Assembly (NCBI RefSeq): GCF_009834535.1
Contig: NC_045697.1
Span: 29,948,001-30,012,000, forward strand
Reading direction: 5' to 3'
DNA from: Camelus ferus
Lineage: Eukaryota
Length of the DNA: 64,000 bases
The translations under genes and the position numbers were made by a program. Positions 1 through 13,497 of the stretch are shown one piece after another; the stretch's first letter is position 1, and every line of letters starts with the position of its first letter. Below the pieces are notes generated by a model. That model was not told where the DNA came from, searched no databases, and saw nothing but the letters and a program-made list of their open reading frames with translations.

Positions 1-1190
1 AATTGATTTTTTTTTCTATTGCTTTTTTGTTTTCTTTTGATTGATTTCAATTCTGATATATTTTTTTCCTTTTTTTTTTTTTTTACTTACTTTGGGCTTA
101 ATTTTCTTAAGGTGGGAGCAGAATTCATTGATTTGAGATCTTTTTTTCTGATACAGGTGTTTTGTGCTATACATTTCCCCCACATACTGCTTTAGCATCT
201 TTCTATACATTTTATATTGCCATATTCTTTCACTACAAATTACACTCTATTCTTTTGATTTCTCCTTTGATCAATAGGTTGTTTAGAATTGTATTACTTA
301 GTTTAAAATGTTGGGGATTTTTTTCGGAGACATTTCTGTTGTTAATTTCTAATTTAATCCCTTTGTAGTCAGATAACATGCTTTTTATGAACTGAATTCT
401 TTAAGTTTGTGGAACTTGTTTTCTGACCCAGAAATTGGTCTATTTCAATAAATGTTCACAGTGAACTTTATTCTGTCAGTTAAGTCAATTTGGTTGATAG
501 TGTTACACAGGTCTTCTTTATCGTAACTGATTTTCTGTCTGCTTGTTCTATTAGTTATTGAAGAAGGGTATTAAATCTCTTACTCCAGTTGTGAATTTGT
601 CTATTTCTTCTTGCAGATCTATCTGTTTTGGCTATGTGTCTGGAATCTTTTTTTAAAAATTAGGTGTAAAAATGTTTAGGATTGTTATGTCCTCCTGACG
701 ACCTAAACCCTTTGTGAAGTGACTTGTAAAGTGATTGTAAAGTGACTTTCTCTGTCCAGGTATTATTCTTGGTTCTAGATGTTTCTTAGTCTGATATTAA
801 TATAACTACTTTAGCTTTCTTTTGATTAGTGTTAGCATGGCGCATCTTGTTTTGCTCTTCTATTTTTAATCTATTCATATCTTTATGTTTAAAGTGCACT
901 TCTGGTAGGTATTACATAGTTGGGGTGTTGCTTTTTAATCTAATCTGATGATCACTGTGTTTTAATTGAGGATATTCACACCATTTATATTTAATGTTCT
1001 GATTGATATGGTTGGGTTTAAGTTGACAGTATTGCTATTTGATTTCTGTTTATTCCATCTGTTCTGTGTACCCTTACTTTTTTTTCTTTTTTCTTTTTTT
1101 TTTTTTTTTGTTAGAGTATTTTTTATGATTCCATTTAATCTCCTTCCTTGGCTTATTAGTATTTTAAAGTTTTGCTATTTTAGAGGTTGA
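1..1190 (-). mobile_element. Old LINE-1 fragment (5' part of ORF2)
   Basis: T-rich. The minus-strand peptide KKRSQINE..HLK..KPKVS..K..IRIEIN (ORF 16..210) resembles L1 ORF2 just after the endonuclease domain. Many stops and frameshifts. Confidence 0.85.
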
Positions 1191-1199
1191 CTTAGAATT

Positions 1200-1268
1200 C
1201 ATAGCATGCATGCCTACCTAGTATATTGTTGATGTTCAATAAATACCTACTGAATGAACAAATGAATG
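1200..1268 (+). mobile_element. L2 3' end remnant
   Basis: ...ttcaataaatacctactgaatgaacaaatgaatg, a typical L2 tail. Confidence 0.6.
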
Positions 1269-1444
1269 CCCTGGTGCCCAGACCAAAGGGCTCCTAAGAA
1301 CCAGAGGACACAGCGCACTTCATTCTTTCCCAGCTTTTATTTTTCTTTTTCACACCATGTTATTATGGATATTGGCTTTATTCTTCCTGTCTTGATGTTA
1401 GTCTTTTGAGGTTAGAGGTCTGAGTCTTCTTCTGAAGGCTTTTT

Positions 1445-1636
1445 TTTTTTTTTAAAGAGATATTTCAGATGGTTAGGGAATAACTTGTATCACCTTAACT
1501 CAACAATGTTTATTTGGGGGGAAGATAATCGGGTTTATTTATTTGTTTATTTATTATTCTTGTTTTAGTGGTGGTATTGGGGATTGAACCCAAGACCTCG
1601 TGCATGCTAAGCACGTACTCTACCGTACTGTCCCCC
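1445..1636 (-). mobile_element. Vic-1-type tRNA-derived SINE (camelid) with 3' extension and poly(A)
   Basis: Minus strand reads ...GGTAGAGTACGTGCTTAGCATGCACGAGGTCTTGGGTTCAATCCCCAATACC (B box GGTTCAATCC), followed by an A-rich linker. T run at 1440-1453. Flanking direct repeats tctgaaggcttttt (1431-1444) and tctgcaggcttttt (1637-1650). Confidence 0.85.
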
Positions 1637-1908
1637 TCTGCAGGCTTTTTTGAAAGCGTGGGTTGTATCCTCAGGATGAAAGAGGCCATAGCCTTGACTT
1701 ACCATGGCCAAACCCCAAAAGTAACATCCTTATCAGGAAGAACAGATATTTTATAAGATATTAGATAGGAAAAAAAGCTTCAAAGAAATGGTCTAAATTT
1801 AAGATTAGCTGATCTAAGCAAAGCTACACATGGAAAGGAAATTCAGACCTAACAGATTTTCTCCATCCTTGGAATGTCACCAGTTTTATTTCAAGGCTCT
1901 TAAATATT

Positions 1909-1954
1909 AAAAAAAAAAAAAAAAAAAAAAAAAGGAAGAAAGAAAGAAAGAAAG
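1909..1954 (+). repeat. A25 followed by (GAAA)n microsatellite
   Basis: Seen directly; ends about 65 nt upstream of the exon acceptor. Confidence 0.9.
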
Positions 1955-2019
1955 ATCATTGAGCTTCCTGATTAAAAAAATAAAAATTTATGCCTTGTTT
2001 TTCTTTTTTTCTTTTCCAG

Positions 2020-2090
2020 CAAGTAACTGGCAGAAGTTTTGGTGATAAAGATTTTCGGACAGGGTTAGAAAATGGAATCCTTCTCTGCGA
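2020..2090 (+). CDS. LIMCH1: LIMCH1 coding exon (CH domain; probably exon 2), 71 nt
   Basis: Polypyrimidine tract ending ttttccAG (2018-2019). Reads CAA GTA ACT GGC... = [23 protein letters not shown](E), then donor GA|GTAAGT at 2091. The peptide matches my recollection of the LIMCH1 CH domain. Too short to appear in the ORF track. Confidence 0.95.
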
Positions 2091-2753
2091 GTAAGTATAG
2101 CCTATATTCAGTTGGTTTTATTTAAGAAAAATCATGAATGGTGTTCAGTTTGTTTATAAAACTTCCGGTATTTTGTTTGAATTTATTCACAGTTTGAATA
2201 TGAAATTAAAAAAAAATCACTGGGTTGGGCAGTAAATGTAAGTAGTCTTGGTATCAGTAGGGAGTGGTGTGGACTGTGGCAATTTCAAGCTGGGTAAAGG
2301 AGTGTCTGGCAGCTGCTACTCAACACCAACCAACGTTTACAATGTAGGAATTTAGGCCCAAGTAATTGGAAGGATGTGGACCAAACTGTGGTAAAAGTAG
2401 CAGCTTTATCCCCCTTATTTCTTCCAAACAAAAGCAGCTTGTGCCCATTGAAAGCAGGGCTTCTGTTTACTTACAACATCGTGAAACATGCCAGGTAGTG
2501 TTCCTCACTGAGGCCTTTTGAATATATTTAATCCGTGCTGTTGACAAAATAACTGCAGTTTTTAATGTTTACATTTTGAACCTGGGCTTTGTCAGAGAAT
2601 GCTACTGTGGGGATGCATTCAACAGCTTTCTGTGAAGCGGTTCAAGACACAAAATAAGCTAGAGCCTCAATGCTTGTAGACGGATGGACACAACCTTCCA
2701 CTCAAGATTTTGAATTTTGAATTCATTTAATAGGTTCTGTAATTTGGGTACTG

Positions 2754-3055
2754 ATTTTTTTTTATTGAGTTGAAATATACATTCATGAAATGCACAGCCC
2801 CTAAATATACAATCCGATGGGTTTTAGAAACTGTGTACATGCGTGTAACCTACCCCTTGATCAAGACAGAGAACAGAAATTTCCCTCGTGTCCTTTCCCA
2901 GTCAGTCTCAACGAACCCCCTGTGGAAAAGCACTGTTCTGATTTCTGTCACCATAGACTCTGTTTTGCCTTTTCTTGAATTTTATGTAAATGGAATCACA
3001 TAGAATGCAGTCTTATTTTGGCAACTTGCAGAGTACTATTTGAGACCCACCCATG
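2754..3055 (-). mobile_element. Old L1M 3' end
   Basis: Starts with a T tail (ttttattgagttgaaatataca) and contains ...ttttgccttttcttgaattttatgtaaatggaatcacatag, typical of L1M 3' UTR/ORF2 end in antisense. Confidence 0.75.
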
Positions 3056-3079
3056 AAGCTGAAGGAACAGGGGTTTCGG

Positions 3080-3275
3080 AGCCTGAGAATTAGACTCAGT
3101 CTTTTCTTCACCCCTTAAATCATGTAACCTCCTCGATTCTCATTTGTTTCTCTTTAAAATGATGATTAAAAATGTATAACTCTTGCCTATTTCATAAGGT
3201 TTTTGTGAATTTCAACAGGATGATGTTGATCAGGTGCTTTTAAAAATTGCAGCATTTGCTAAACAAATGTTGATT
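3080..3275 (+). mobile_element. MIR SINE (degenerate)
   Basis: Core-like segment tttctctttaaaatga...cctatttcataaggtttttgtgaatttcaa. Confidence 0.55.
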
Positions 3276-5124
3276 ATTAAGCAGCAGCTTTCAGCACAGT
3301 TCATGTTAGCATTTGTTTTCCCTGCTCTCCGCTGCCCTTCTCTCTTCAAAGAGAAATTTACATCCCGGACTGCTGTTACCATCCCTTCCTTCCTATGGAG
3401 TCTCTGCCTTCTTCTCATACTTTACTTCCCTCACCACCTCCTTTCCCTCTATTAAATCTAAATCAGAGCTCATCTCTTAGGGAACGCATAATTAGTTTAG
3501 CATCTCAAAGAGACAAGCTTGGACAGGCTCCAAACACTTCCCAGGTACTCGAGCACCTGCTTCTCCAGTGATTCTGGGCTTAGCCCTCTCCCGATATTAA
3601 CAGACCAGCCAGAATCTGATCTAATTTATGTGCATCATGCTGTCTTAAATCTGTCGAAGAGAGTCTTTGGTACCAACTTTTGTTTACCTAACATTTGCTA
3701 CAAAGATTATTGTAGGCGTCCACCTCTCCACCACGTGAAAAACCTGTCATGGAGTAATAGACTTTGGATTGAGTGAGCTTGTCTGAAGGCAAGGATCTGG
3801 GTCCAGAGACATCTGCACACATAGACCTTGTTTCTTACCTAGATGATGTTGAGTTGGCGGATGGAGCCTCTCATGTGTGGAGTGGCATTACCCATTGACC
3901 TTTTGCAAACACATTAATGAATGTTAGGGTTGTTTAGAGGTGGAGATGGTGAGGTTGAGGTCCAGGCCGTGGTTAGGAAATAGTATGGTTAGACAATGTG
4001 GAGACACAGATTACAGCCAGGAGCCTCTTTAGATAAATAAAGGGTTTGAACTGCTGACAGCCTGAGGGTGAAGCTGAGGGAAATGGCCAAAAACAGAAGA
4101 TGTGGACAAATGTTACTGTCTGGGTAGGAGGACAAAACCCAGGACAAGTGAGTTACTGTGTAACTCCTCTCACCACGGAGGATGAGACCCACTGGTGTAT
4201 TTGAAGGAGTCTGAGGACCAGGGTCAAGTCCTGGCTTCCCCATGGGACTCCATCTGGCAGCCCTGGCACAGAGTCTGCAAAGGTGGAATGAACTGTGTCC
4301 GTGGCCTGGGCGAGGAAAGCCAGAGGTGCGCACCCCAGCCACAGCCTTGGAGAGAAAACTGGGTCAGCAGCCAGAGAAGCAAGATGCAAACCAAGTTCTA
4401 AGTGCAGGGAGGGCCCGCAGAGCAACGATGGACAAAACATGGCCCAGCAGCCGACTGCACTGACCTCGGGAGCAACAGAGGCAGAAGACCTCCCTCTTCT
4501 TACTGGTCGGGGGCAGGGGCACGGCTAGGTCTGACCTGAACTACAGCGTGTGGGGCTGCCGCAGACTGGAGTTACCAAGTGTCCTGGTATCCGGAAAGCA
4601 GACTGGTGAGGAGGGAACTTGCACTGTTCCAGGCATGGGGTTGGTTGATGGCAGGGCCCAAAAGGCCAGAAACTCCATTTGGAAAGTCTCAGGAAAGTGA
4701 GGGTTCTCAGATGATATATCCATACGGGTTTCAAACACCTATCTTTGGAGAATAGCTAAGAATGCCTAAGGCTGTGCCAGCCTGTAGAACCAGAGTTTTG
4801 TGGATGCTGGGGATTAAGAAGTTCTAACTCGCAACCACCACCCATGTAGCAACATTTAAAAATAAAAGAACTCTCTGTAATTTCAAATTGTGAAAACTGG
4901 CAGTTCAGCTCTTCTGAGTTGGATTGGGTCTAAGTGTTGGTTGCAGCTGTGGAGAGACACCATGCTCTTTGTTATGTTCGCTAAAAATTTCCCAAGTTCT
5001 TTATGAGTCTGAATAAAAAGCCCTCATAGCTCTTCTCAAACAGATGGGCATCTTCTGGGCCCAGGGTCTGGCTTTCCTCTTACCAGCCTGGTTCTGAACT
5101 TACCTGTGGCTTGTAGGGTCTCCT

Positions 5125-5250
5125 ATGATACCCATTTTACCGAGGAAGCAACTGAGGCACAGAGGATGAAATAACTAGGCTACGGTTATACCAGATAAGA
5201 AAGATTTAAATTCAGCAGTCTGATTCCTTTGCTTTTGCTCTTCATCACTG
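5125..5250 (-). mobile_element. MIR SINE
   Basis: cccattttaccgaggaagcaactgaggcacagagg is the reverse complement of the MIR core. Confidence 0.7.
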
Positions 5251-6251
5251 CCCTGTGTTTAGAGCTGGAATTTTAATGGGAGAGGAAAGCAAGAGGTTGG
5301 GAGGTGGGGGTGGGATGGAATTGGTGCTAAAAAACCTGGAGTGTGGGGAGAATGGCAGCACAGAGGGTAACCACGGGGTCTCAGCGGGACAGAGGAAGAC
5401 TGCGGTGGGGTTGGTGGTCTTTGAAAAATGTAAACATCGGGGGCCTGGTGGTCCCTCTTAAGACAAGAAGGCAAGTCCAGTGGGAGTGAGGACATGAGAG
5501 AGCTGAGGGGACAGGAGGCTGTGGTCAGTGGAAGATGTAGGGGTTTTAATTTTCTTAGGTAAGAGCCGTCAAAACTTGATGGAGACAAATGAGATTGGTG
5601 GACCTCTACTACAGACTACAGAGATGAGAGAGAGAGAAGACTGGCACCCACAGGTAGCATGTAAGATGGGAATTGAATGGCCTCAGAATCACCCTGGGAG
5701 CTCTTTCACTTCGCCGGCGAAATGCCGTACACATGCCTTGGCGAACGCACCCCCATATACAGTAATACTAATGCATAAATGGATAACTTACAGTAATGGC
5801 AAGAATAAAATTGAGTGCATGTGTCAGATAGTAGATGTGTTTTTGCTTTAAGCGTCTCCCTCTTCCTCTGTTGTTTTTGCCGTGTGTGCAGTTGACGTTT
5901 TGGAGGTTAAATGCTCAAATGATGGGAGCACTCTGCTGAGCATTAAATGAAAGGTCTAGGGTCGAAGTGTGACAGAGCTGCAAACGGGTGACAGGTGTCA
6001 TGCTGTTAGAAATGGTAAATGACTGCTGCATCACGTCCTTGGGGACTTCAGAGTTTAAAAGAAGGGCTGCAGAGTCTTCCGTTCCCTAAGGCAGTCGCTC
6101 CCAGGACGGAGTCGCTGGTGACTGCCGTCTGCTTCCCTGCACCCAGGTCAGGCAGTCTGTTGTGAGACAATCCCAGAAAGGAACGTTTCTGACTTGTTTT
6201 CTTGACTGTGATTTTATCATATGAGTAGCACTCTATGGAACTCCATCTGTA

Positions 6252-6443
6252 TCAGAAGTTGGCAAATTCTAGCCTTAGGCCTGTTTTTGTGCAGGCCTTC
6301 CTGCTTGCTAAGACTTGTTTTTACATTTTAAAAGAGTTGTAAACAAAACAAAACAACAACAACAAAAAAGAGTTTATATGGGGCTCACAGAGCCTAAAAT
6401 GTTTGCTACCTGGTCCTTTATGGAGAAAATTTGCCAGCCCATG
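6252..6443. mobile_element. MER58C-like hAT-Charlie DNA transposon
   Basis: TIR-like ends cagaagttggcaaatt...aatttgccagccc; internal agcctaaaatgtttgctacctggtccttta. Confidence 0.7.
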
Positions 6444-6999
6444 AGGACTATGGAATCAATTTTGGATGTAAATTGTTCACCCTCATAAAGTTAAGTGGTT
6501 TGAATTGGGGCCATGCACAGTGCTATTTGGGTAAATCAAAAAAGATTTCCTCAGGAGTTTCTTTACAAGTCCCACTACCCACCCCCCTAACTTTTTATTT
6601 TGAAACATTTTAAACTTACAGGAAAGCTACAAGAATAATCTAATGATTATCCATATACCCTGCAGCCATATGCAAATGGTTCAGGAAAAAAGAGGCATAA
6701 AAAGAAAGAGAGCGAGCTAGTGAGAGGAAGTGATAATAGTAACAACTGCATCTAGTTGTGAGGTGTGTGCTCGGCTTTCTTCTCTGTGGCTTGGTTTCAC
6801 ATCCTTGCCCCACCCTTTTCTTTCTTTCTGGTTACTGTCCAAGGATATATGTATTTAACAAAAGCCAGTTCAAATCCTTTTATGGAGAACACAGCAGAAA
6901 GTGAAAGGATCTGTGAACTCCCAGGTTGAACCCCATGACACTGTTGCATTAGTAGACCAAAAACAGATAATGGGACTTCCTATGCTCAGCCTAGTGGAC

Positions 7000-7187
7000 G
7001 GTCCAGATCCTAGATTCACCTCCTGTGTGTCCTTAGGCAAGTTGCTTCACCTCCCTGAGCCCATTTCCTCATCTCTAAAAGCAGGTATAATTGTACCCAA
7101 TTTACTGGTTCAGAGGAGTAAAGGAATTATTAATGTGTATAAAACTCTTTAGTGCTTGGAATATAGGAGGCACTTAAATGTTAGCTT
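7000..7187 (+). mobile_element. MIR SINE
   Basis: ctgtgtgtccttaggcaagttgcttcacctccctgagcccatttcctcatctctaaaa...taaatgttagct. Confidence 0.8.
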
Positions 7188-8639
7188 TTCTCATGTCGTC
7201 TCTGAAATGGGGAAATTACTACCTATGAGGTACTTACTGAGAGATTTCAGTAAGAAAATGTGTGGCTGGTGCTTGGTTGGCACTCTGGAGCACTCACTGT
7301 TTTCATTATTATTGTTGGAAATAGGCCCAAAGTCAATTATAAATATGACATAGTCAATGCAACTCTGTGTCACTGTGCACCGTCAGCTCTCTCACTGGGG
7401 CTGCCAACAAGCCACAGCATGAACCAATCGGGGGTTTACTTTCTAGCCTCTCTTGCCTCGCCTGTGATCAAAAACTGGGCAAGAACGTTTGGGTCCCTTA
7501 CAAACTTGATCATCTGTGAATAATGAACTCTGGCTGGCAGAGCTTGAGGCCTAGAGCAATTGTTTTGAAAACAGTGGCCTTGCCCTCTTTGGTGATGTCA
7601 TTTCCTCCTGCTCCGTCCAGTCTGTTGTGGTTTCTTTCTCTGCGAAGCTGTTCCAGAACCCTCCAGGCAGAGTTAGTGGGTTCCTCTCTGGTTCCTAAGT
7701 ACCTGGACCACCTCCACGCTAGTGCTTGTCACAGGGCTCTGCCTCTTTGTCCCACGTCTGCTTCCTGTACCAGATCGAAAGCTTCCTAAAGAACTCTTTT
7801 ACTTATCTTTGGATTTCCCCACTGGACCCTGTTCTGGCACATAATACATCTGTGACGAACAGCCATTGGATAAATTGAGACCAGTGGTAAGAGTTCTACC
7901 TAAGCGATCTAATCACAGTGACCTTGACTTTCTCCCAGTCTTTGCTGTCAGCATCACTATTAGCCTCTGTCTCTCCCCCCTTTCCTCTTCTCCTCTTCAC
8001 TCCCCTCTCCTTCAAACACACACACACACACATACACAATTTTACATAAAGAGTGGCCCCATCTCTGAAGACTGGGAGTTCAAAGGATGGAAGTATCTGC
8101 TTTCTTGACATGTAAGATTCTCCACTATGGCTCTGTCTTCTTAGGTGTCGTAGAGGTTAACTTCTGGGTTTTGTTCTGCAGACACATTTTGATGGAATGC
8201 AAAGTCTGAGTATGTTGGTCTGCAAATAAGTGACCAATAAAGAATGTCTTAGTGGATTTTTGTCTTAGTTCTTATGTTGCTGAAATAATTTTCTCAAGAT
8301 AAGAAATCTGTTGGCAAACATTTGTTTATGTCATCGCTGATGAATGAGCTGCTTATTCTGAGAAGGAGGGTTTGTCTTGGATTCTTGTCCTGATTTCAGC
8401 ATGAGATGTGGCGTGCCCTGGATGTGTCCTCATCTTCCAGGACATGTTGGGAGTTGATGGGTGTAGCTTTCCATGGAGACGTTTTGTCCGGTGGAGGACC
8501 TGTTGAATACTGACTGTGTTCTGCTCAGCCCCAGACCAGGCACCCAGGGGTGTAAAAAGGGAATGTAAGGCTTGATTCCTAATCCTCAAGAGTTTCATAA
8601 TGTGCTTGGGGCTTGAACACACACACAAAGCAGTTGTTA

Positions 8640-9780
8640 CAGTGTAAACCAGTGTATGAGTAAATGCATAGTGACCAAGATTTAATCCCCAAGATTGAAT
8701 AAGAAGTTAAACAAGGAGAGATTGCTATAGTTTGGGAGACAGTTATTGGAGAAATGTTACACCAAGTGATTTTGACTTCAGATGAGAATAGGCTGAGGGA
8801 AAGAGATGGATGTCCTATCAGGGACAAGAGCAGAGGAAAGGTTTGGGGACAAGAATGAGGACACTGTGTTTGGCATACGTACAGGAGATCTGCTTGGTAC
8901 AGGGGCAGGACAGGGGAGGCCTTCTCTTTCTTCATCCAACTAAACTTGTTAAGAACCTGCTTACAGTGGTGGCAAGTTACTGTGAAGACTATTAAACTAC
9001 ACCATAAAATCGTGTAACGGGGCACCCTGATCAGATCCGGAGTCTAAGTCCTGCCCCCATGTGGGATATGAACCTCAGGTTCCCTTGAGGAAGTGACATT
9101 TAGGTGGAGACCTGAATGAAGAGCAAAAATTAGGCAGGAAAGAGGGAAGAGAGATAGAAGTAAGGAGAAAACACATTCTAGCTGAAAGAAAGAATTTAAA
9201 AGATACCAACAGGACTTGGGAGGGTATAGAGTATAGATAAATGAAAGACTAAAAAAATTACTTCAGTGTTTCAGTTGTTAATGACAAGCAGGGTGGGCCC
9301 TTGGCGTGAGCTGAAAGGGGTCCTGTGTTTGGTGGGAGAGGTCATGACTTCAGTTTGAATCATTGAGTTTAGAGTACAGACCGGCCACCCAGGCAGGTGT
9401 CCTACAGGCTGTGGGGGACAAGGGCAGAACTTAGGGGTGAGATGATGGATTTAACACATTCAGATTGGAGTTGCCAGCCATTGTTGGACATCAGGGTTAA
9501 GCTGTTGTATGACAGTCTCTCTCAGGGAAAGATCACATGAAGAAAGAGCAGAACGAGGTCCCAGGTTGAGGAAGTCTGCATCCTGGTCAGGGACAAGAGA
9601 AAGAGAAGCTCACAGAGAGGCCATCAGAGAGACAAGAGGGGACCCAGGGAGCATGGTGCCATGGAAACCAAGAGCACTACGAAGGCTTTTAAGGTGCTGG
9701 AGGTCACAGGTGTTGCATGGCCCCAGCAGAGGTCAGCTTGAGCAAGGCCTCCAAAAAGGCCTGCCTTGCCGGGAGAGGGA
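8640..9780 (-). mobile_element. Scattered, degenerate L2 fragments
   Basis: Purine-rich, with L2-antisense hallmarks such as gaggaagtgacatttaggtggagacctgaatgaagag and catggaaaccaagag. Confidence 0.55.
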
Positions 9781-12339
9781 GGCACCAGAGACCTTTGTCA
9801 GTTGATGGCCGTCTCTGGGAACAGCCAGTCAACTGATCATGGTCCCACCTAATTGCCTTAGCTCTGGCTCATGGTTTTGCATCATTTCAATAGGCTATTG
9901 TTACAGATCTTATCTAATATAAACTGCACATGCAGTATTTTCCTCAACTATTGAAAAGGAAATGAGATTGGTTTGACCCGAAGGCTTATTAGTGGAGTGA
10001 TCATATATCAAACAACATGCTTTTGAGAGTGAAAGGGGGTGTTAACCAGCTGAGGTGCTGGAACAAAAAAATGAAACCTGCACTGTCTGCGGCTGACTGG
10101 ATGTATGCATGTATGGATGGATGCATGCATACACGGGCACCCCAGTGGTTGGTGATTCCAGACTGGTGTCTTCTAATCACCATTATTTTGTTCAGTATTC
10201 ACAAACCCTTCCCTTATTTTATCCTTTCAGTAACTATAGTGAGTGAACCACCTGGACCAGATCTTCCCATCCACCTTTGCAGATGATATGATGGAGACCC
10301 AAGAGCACAGTTTGTCTTCAAACTCTTCATCTGGAGCTCTTTCTCTAACCCAGATGCTCACTCAAATCTCAGCAAACTTGGGTGTTTTTACCCTTACTGA
10401 TTTGGGCCTTAGCGGGCTGGTAAGGATTTGATAGGCCTTCTATGTAGGGTTCTCCCTTGTCTTGCTGCCAAATCACAATTGGCCTCACTGACTTGGCCTG
10501 TCTCCAGCTCTTTGGCACCAAGACTCATTAAGCTTTTAAGTTCAAATGAGGACATTTCAACTCACTCTTTTTTGTAAAGATCTCCAGTGAAAAGCTGCTT
10601 TTTGTTTGAAGATTGGCCTGGCTTAGGTGGGGACTTAGGCAAGAACTGAGTATCCCTGACAGCCTTCTGTTAGGAAAGATGAAAACAGATGAAGGACGCA
10701 GAAGGCGAATTTGCAGGATTCATGATGAGCAAAATGGACTCCCAGTGTTGCCTTTTTTTTGAATCCTCACCAAATAAACAGCCCTTGGTTCCTATTTAAA
10801 TGAGGGACTTTCAGCATAGTGTGTGGGGGGATTCAGCTGTTCCCATTCAAACTGTGCTTTAGCATCAAAGACAAGAGTCGGCTGTGGGAGGGGGACTTAA
10901 CAGTGCATCTGGAGTTTAGACCAAGTAGGGCAACTATAGTTAGTTTTCATGCTTCCAAAAATGTGTTCAAAACTTATTTCAGCACAATTATCATTCAGAA
11001 ACCCCTTCCCTCAAAATGTGATTTCCTTCACCTTATCAAGCTGTGCCTTAATGCCTATCAAACTACTACTTAGGTAAATCATAGGCTTAATCTCTTTCCT
11101 CCTGAACAAATTTATTACAGATTCATTGGCATGATTAATTGACTTATAAATATATGTATAACAAGGAATTTAAGTGCGGGCTGCTTGTGCGGTAGACAAG
11201 AAACCGGCCTCTCCTGTTGGCTGCCTGTGGGGTTGCATGCTGGATTAGGCTTTGCTTGCATTTGAGAGGATTTAGAAACTCCCTAATTGTATTTCCTTAA
11301 TAATCCATTTTTTGATTGTCTCTCCTGGGCTGTCAGGCTGGGTGGGCTGGCCTCCCACAATGAAGTGTGCAAAATTCCGGCCTCAAGCATGCCATTCTCA
11401 ATGTTTCCTTTGGTTACCCACAGGAGAGGACCTTTTCTTAAATAGCCCACCAAGGACCCAGTTTTAAATGATTCCTTTCTAAAGTGAACTATGCAGAAAT
11501 CTACTTCCCTCTTTTTATTAAGGGGAAGAAGAAAGAGTGAATGAAAAGACCAATAGAAAGTTAAGCCTTTATGGCTGAGGGATCAGCTCCAGTGTCTGCC
11601 TTTCCTTACACCACCGTAGACTATGCCTCAAGGCTAACATTCCCAAACATAGCTTCATCATGCCCAATGTCTCTTCCTGCAAGACAGGACATGATTCAGT
11701 CTCCTTTGCCTAGAACCTGGTGTCCCTCACTGTCTGTGGGCAGTGTTTCGTTTGGCTTATCTGAACCATCCCTTTGCACTGGCCACAGAGAATTACCATC
11801 CTTCCCATGATCCAGTTTGTGCTTCCCCACCTCCATACCTTTGCTGCGTTTCATCCCAGCCACGTAGGGTGTTCACTTCCTTGTCCATGTCCACCCCTCT
11901 AAATCCTGAACCCATACAATGGGCACCTTTTCATCCCCTGAGGTATCCCGCCGGCCCGCAGCCCGAATTCAGTGCTTCCTTCCTCTTCTTAGTGTCCACG
12001 GCAAGGATAACCACACATCTTGGAGTGGAGATGACAGCCCTGATTTCAAGTGCTCTCTCTCTTGTTTCTGGTTTGAAAAGCGTTTTGGCTTTGTCTAGAG
12101 TAAGTAACTTGTTTCACATAAGGAACTACTCATGAGCTGTATTTCTAAACTTTCTATTAGATTATCAATTCTTTGACATAATGACCTGCTCATATTTCCA
12201 TGCCTAATGGTGCTTGCACATGGCTGGAATGCAGTAAGTTTTGGAAGAATGGGAAAAAGGAAGATTATTCTAAAATTAACATTTTAAAAATTACTAACAT
12301 GTTTATAATTAATCAATAAATGTGTGCTAAAGCCATGTT

Positions 12340-13497
12340 AGCTCAAAATTGATCATAGATCTAAAAATAAGAGCTGAAACTATAAAATAAGTCTTAGGAT
12401 AAAACACAGGACTAAATCCTTGTGACCTGGATTAGGTAATCGTTTCTTGCACATAATATCAAAAGTGTAAACGACAAAAGAAAAACTAAATTGGGCTACT
12501 TCAAAATTAAAAGCTTTTGTCCAATAAGTGATACCATCTCCTAACCCACAGAATGAGAGAAAATATGATATTGGCAAATTATATATCTGAGAAGGGACTT
12601 GTATCTAGAGTATGTAATATAGAATTCTTACAACTCAATAATAAAAACATAAGCAGCTCAATTAAAATGGGCAAAGATATCTGAACAGATATTTTTCCAG
12701 AGAAGATATGCAAATAGCTGATAAACACATGAAAACATGCTCAACATCATTCATCTTCAGAGACATGCAAATCAAAATCACCAAGAGATACAGCCTCTCA
12801 CCCACTAGGATGGCTATAATAAGAAAAGAATTCAGTAAATTCAGCACGGATGTGGAGAAATTGGAACCTCCATGCACTGCTGGTGGAAAGTAAAATGGTA
12901 CAGCTACTGTGATCAACAATTTGGCAGTTCCTAAAAAGGTTAAACATTAAGTTACCATATGACCCTGCAATTATACTTCTAGGTACATATCTAAGAGACA
13001 CGAAAACATATGTCCAAACCAAAATTTGTGTACAAATACTCATTACACCATTATTTATAATAGCCCAGTGTTGGAAGTAACCTAAAAGTCCATCAACTGA
13101 TGGATAGATACCATGTGGTATATTCATAGAATGCAGTATTACTTGGCTGTAAAAAGAAATCAACTACCAACGCATGCTACACCATAGATGAAAACACTAT
13201 GCTAAGTAAAAGAAACCAGTCAGAAAAAAAACATATATTATATGATCCAATTTATATGAAATATCCAGAACAGGCAAATCTGTAGAGCCAGAAAGTAGAT
13301 TAGTGGTTATTCAGGGCTGTGGCTTGTGGGTGTGTGGCATGAGGAGTTAAAGTTAATGGGTTTGGGGTTTCTTCTGGGGGAAGGAAAACTAAAATTATTT
13401 TGCAGTCATGGTTTCTTCTTGTGAATGTACCAAAAAAATCAGATTCTCCACTTTCAGTGAGTGAACTGTATGTGAATTATAACTCAAGCTATTAAAA
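12340..13497 (+). mobile_element. L1MB-like 3' fragment (ORF2 C-terminus plus 3' UTR)
   Basis: ORF 12708..12893 (MQIADKHMKTCSTS..IFRDMQIK...PTRMAII) matches the L1 ORF2 C-terminus. Followed by L1MB-type 3' UTR and a short (CA)n tail at about 13499-13514. Confidence 0.9.

Noticed and set aside
6876..6885. CArG box CCTTTTATGG (others lie inside the MIR at about 22629 and MER58A at about 24464)
   Set aside because: Isolated 10-mers of this degeneracy are expected by chance in 64 kb, and there is no supporting cluster.
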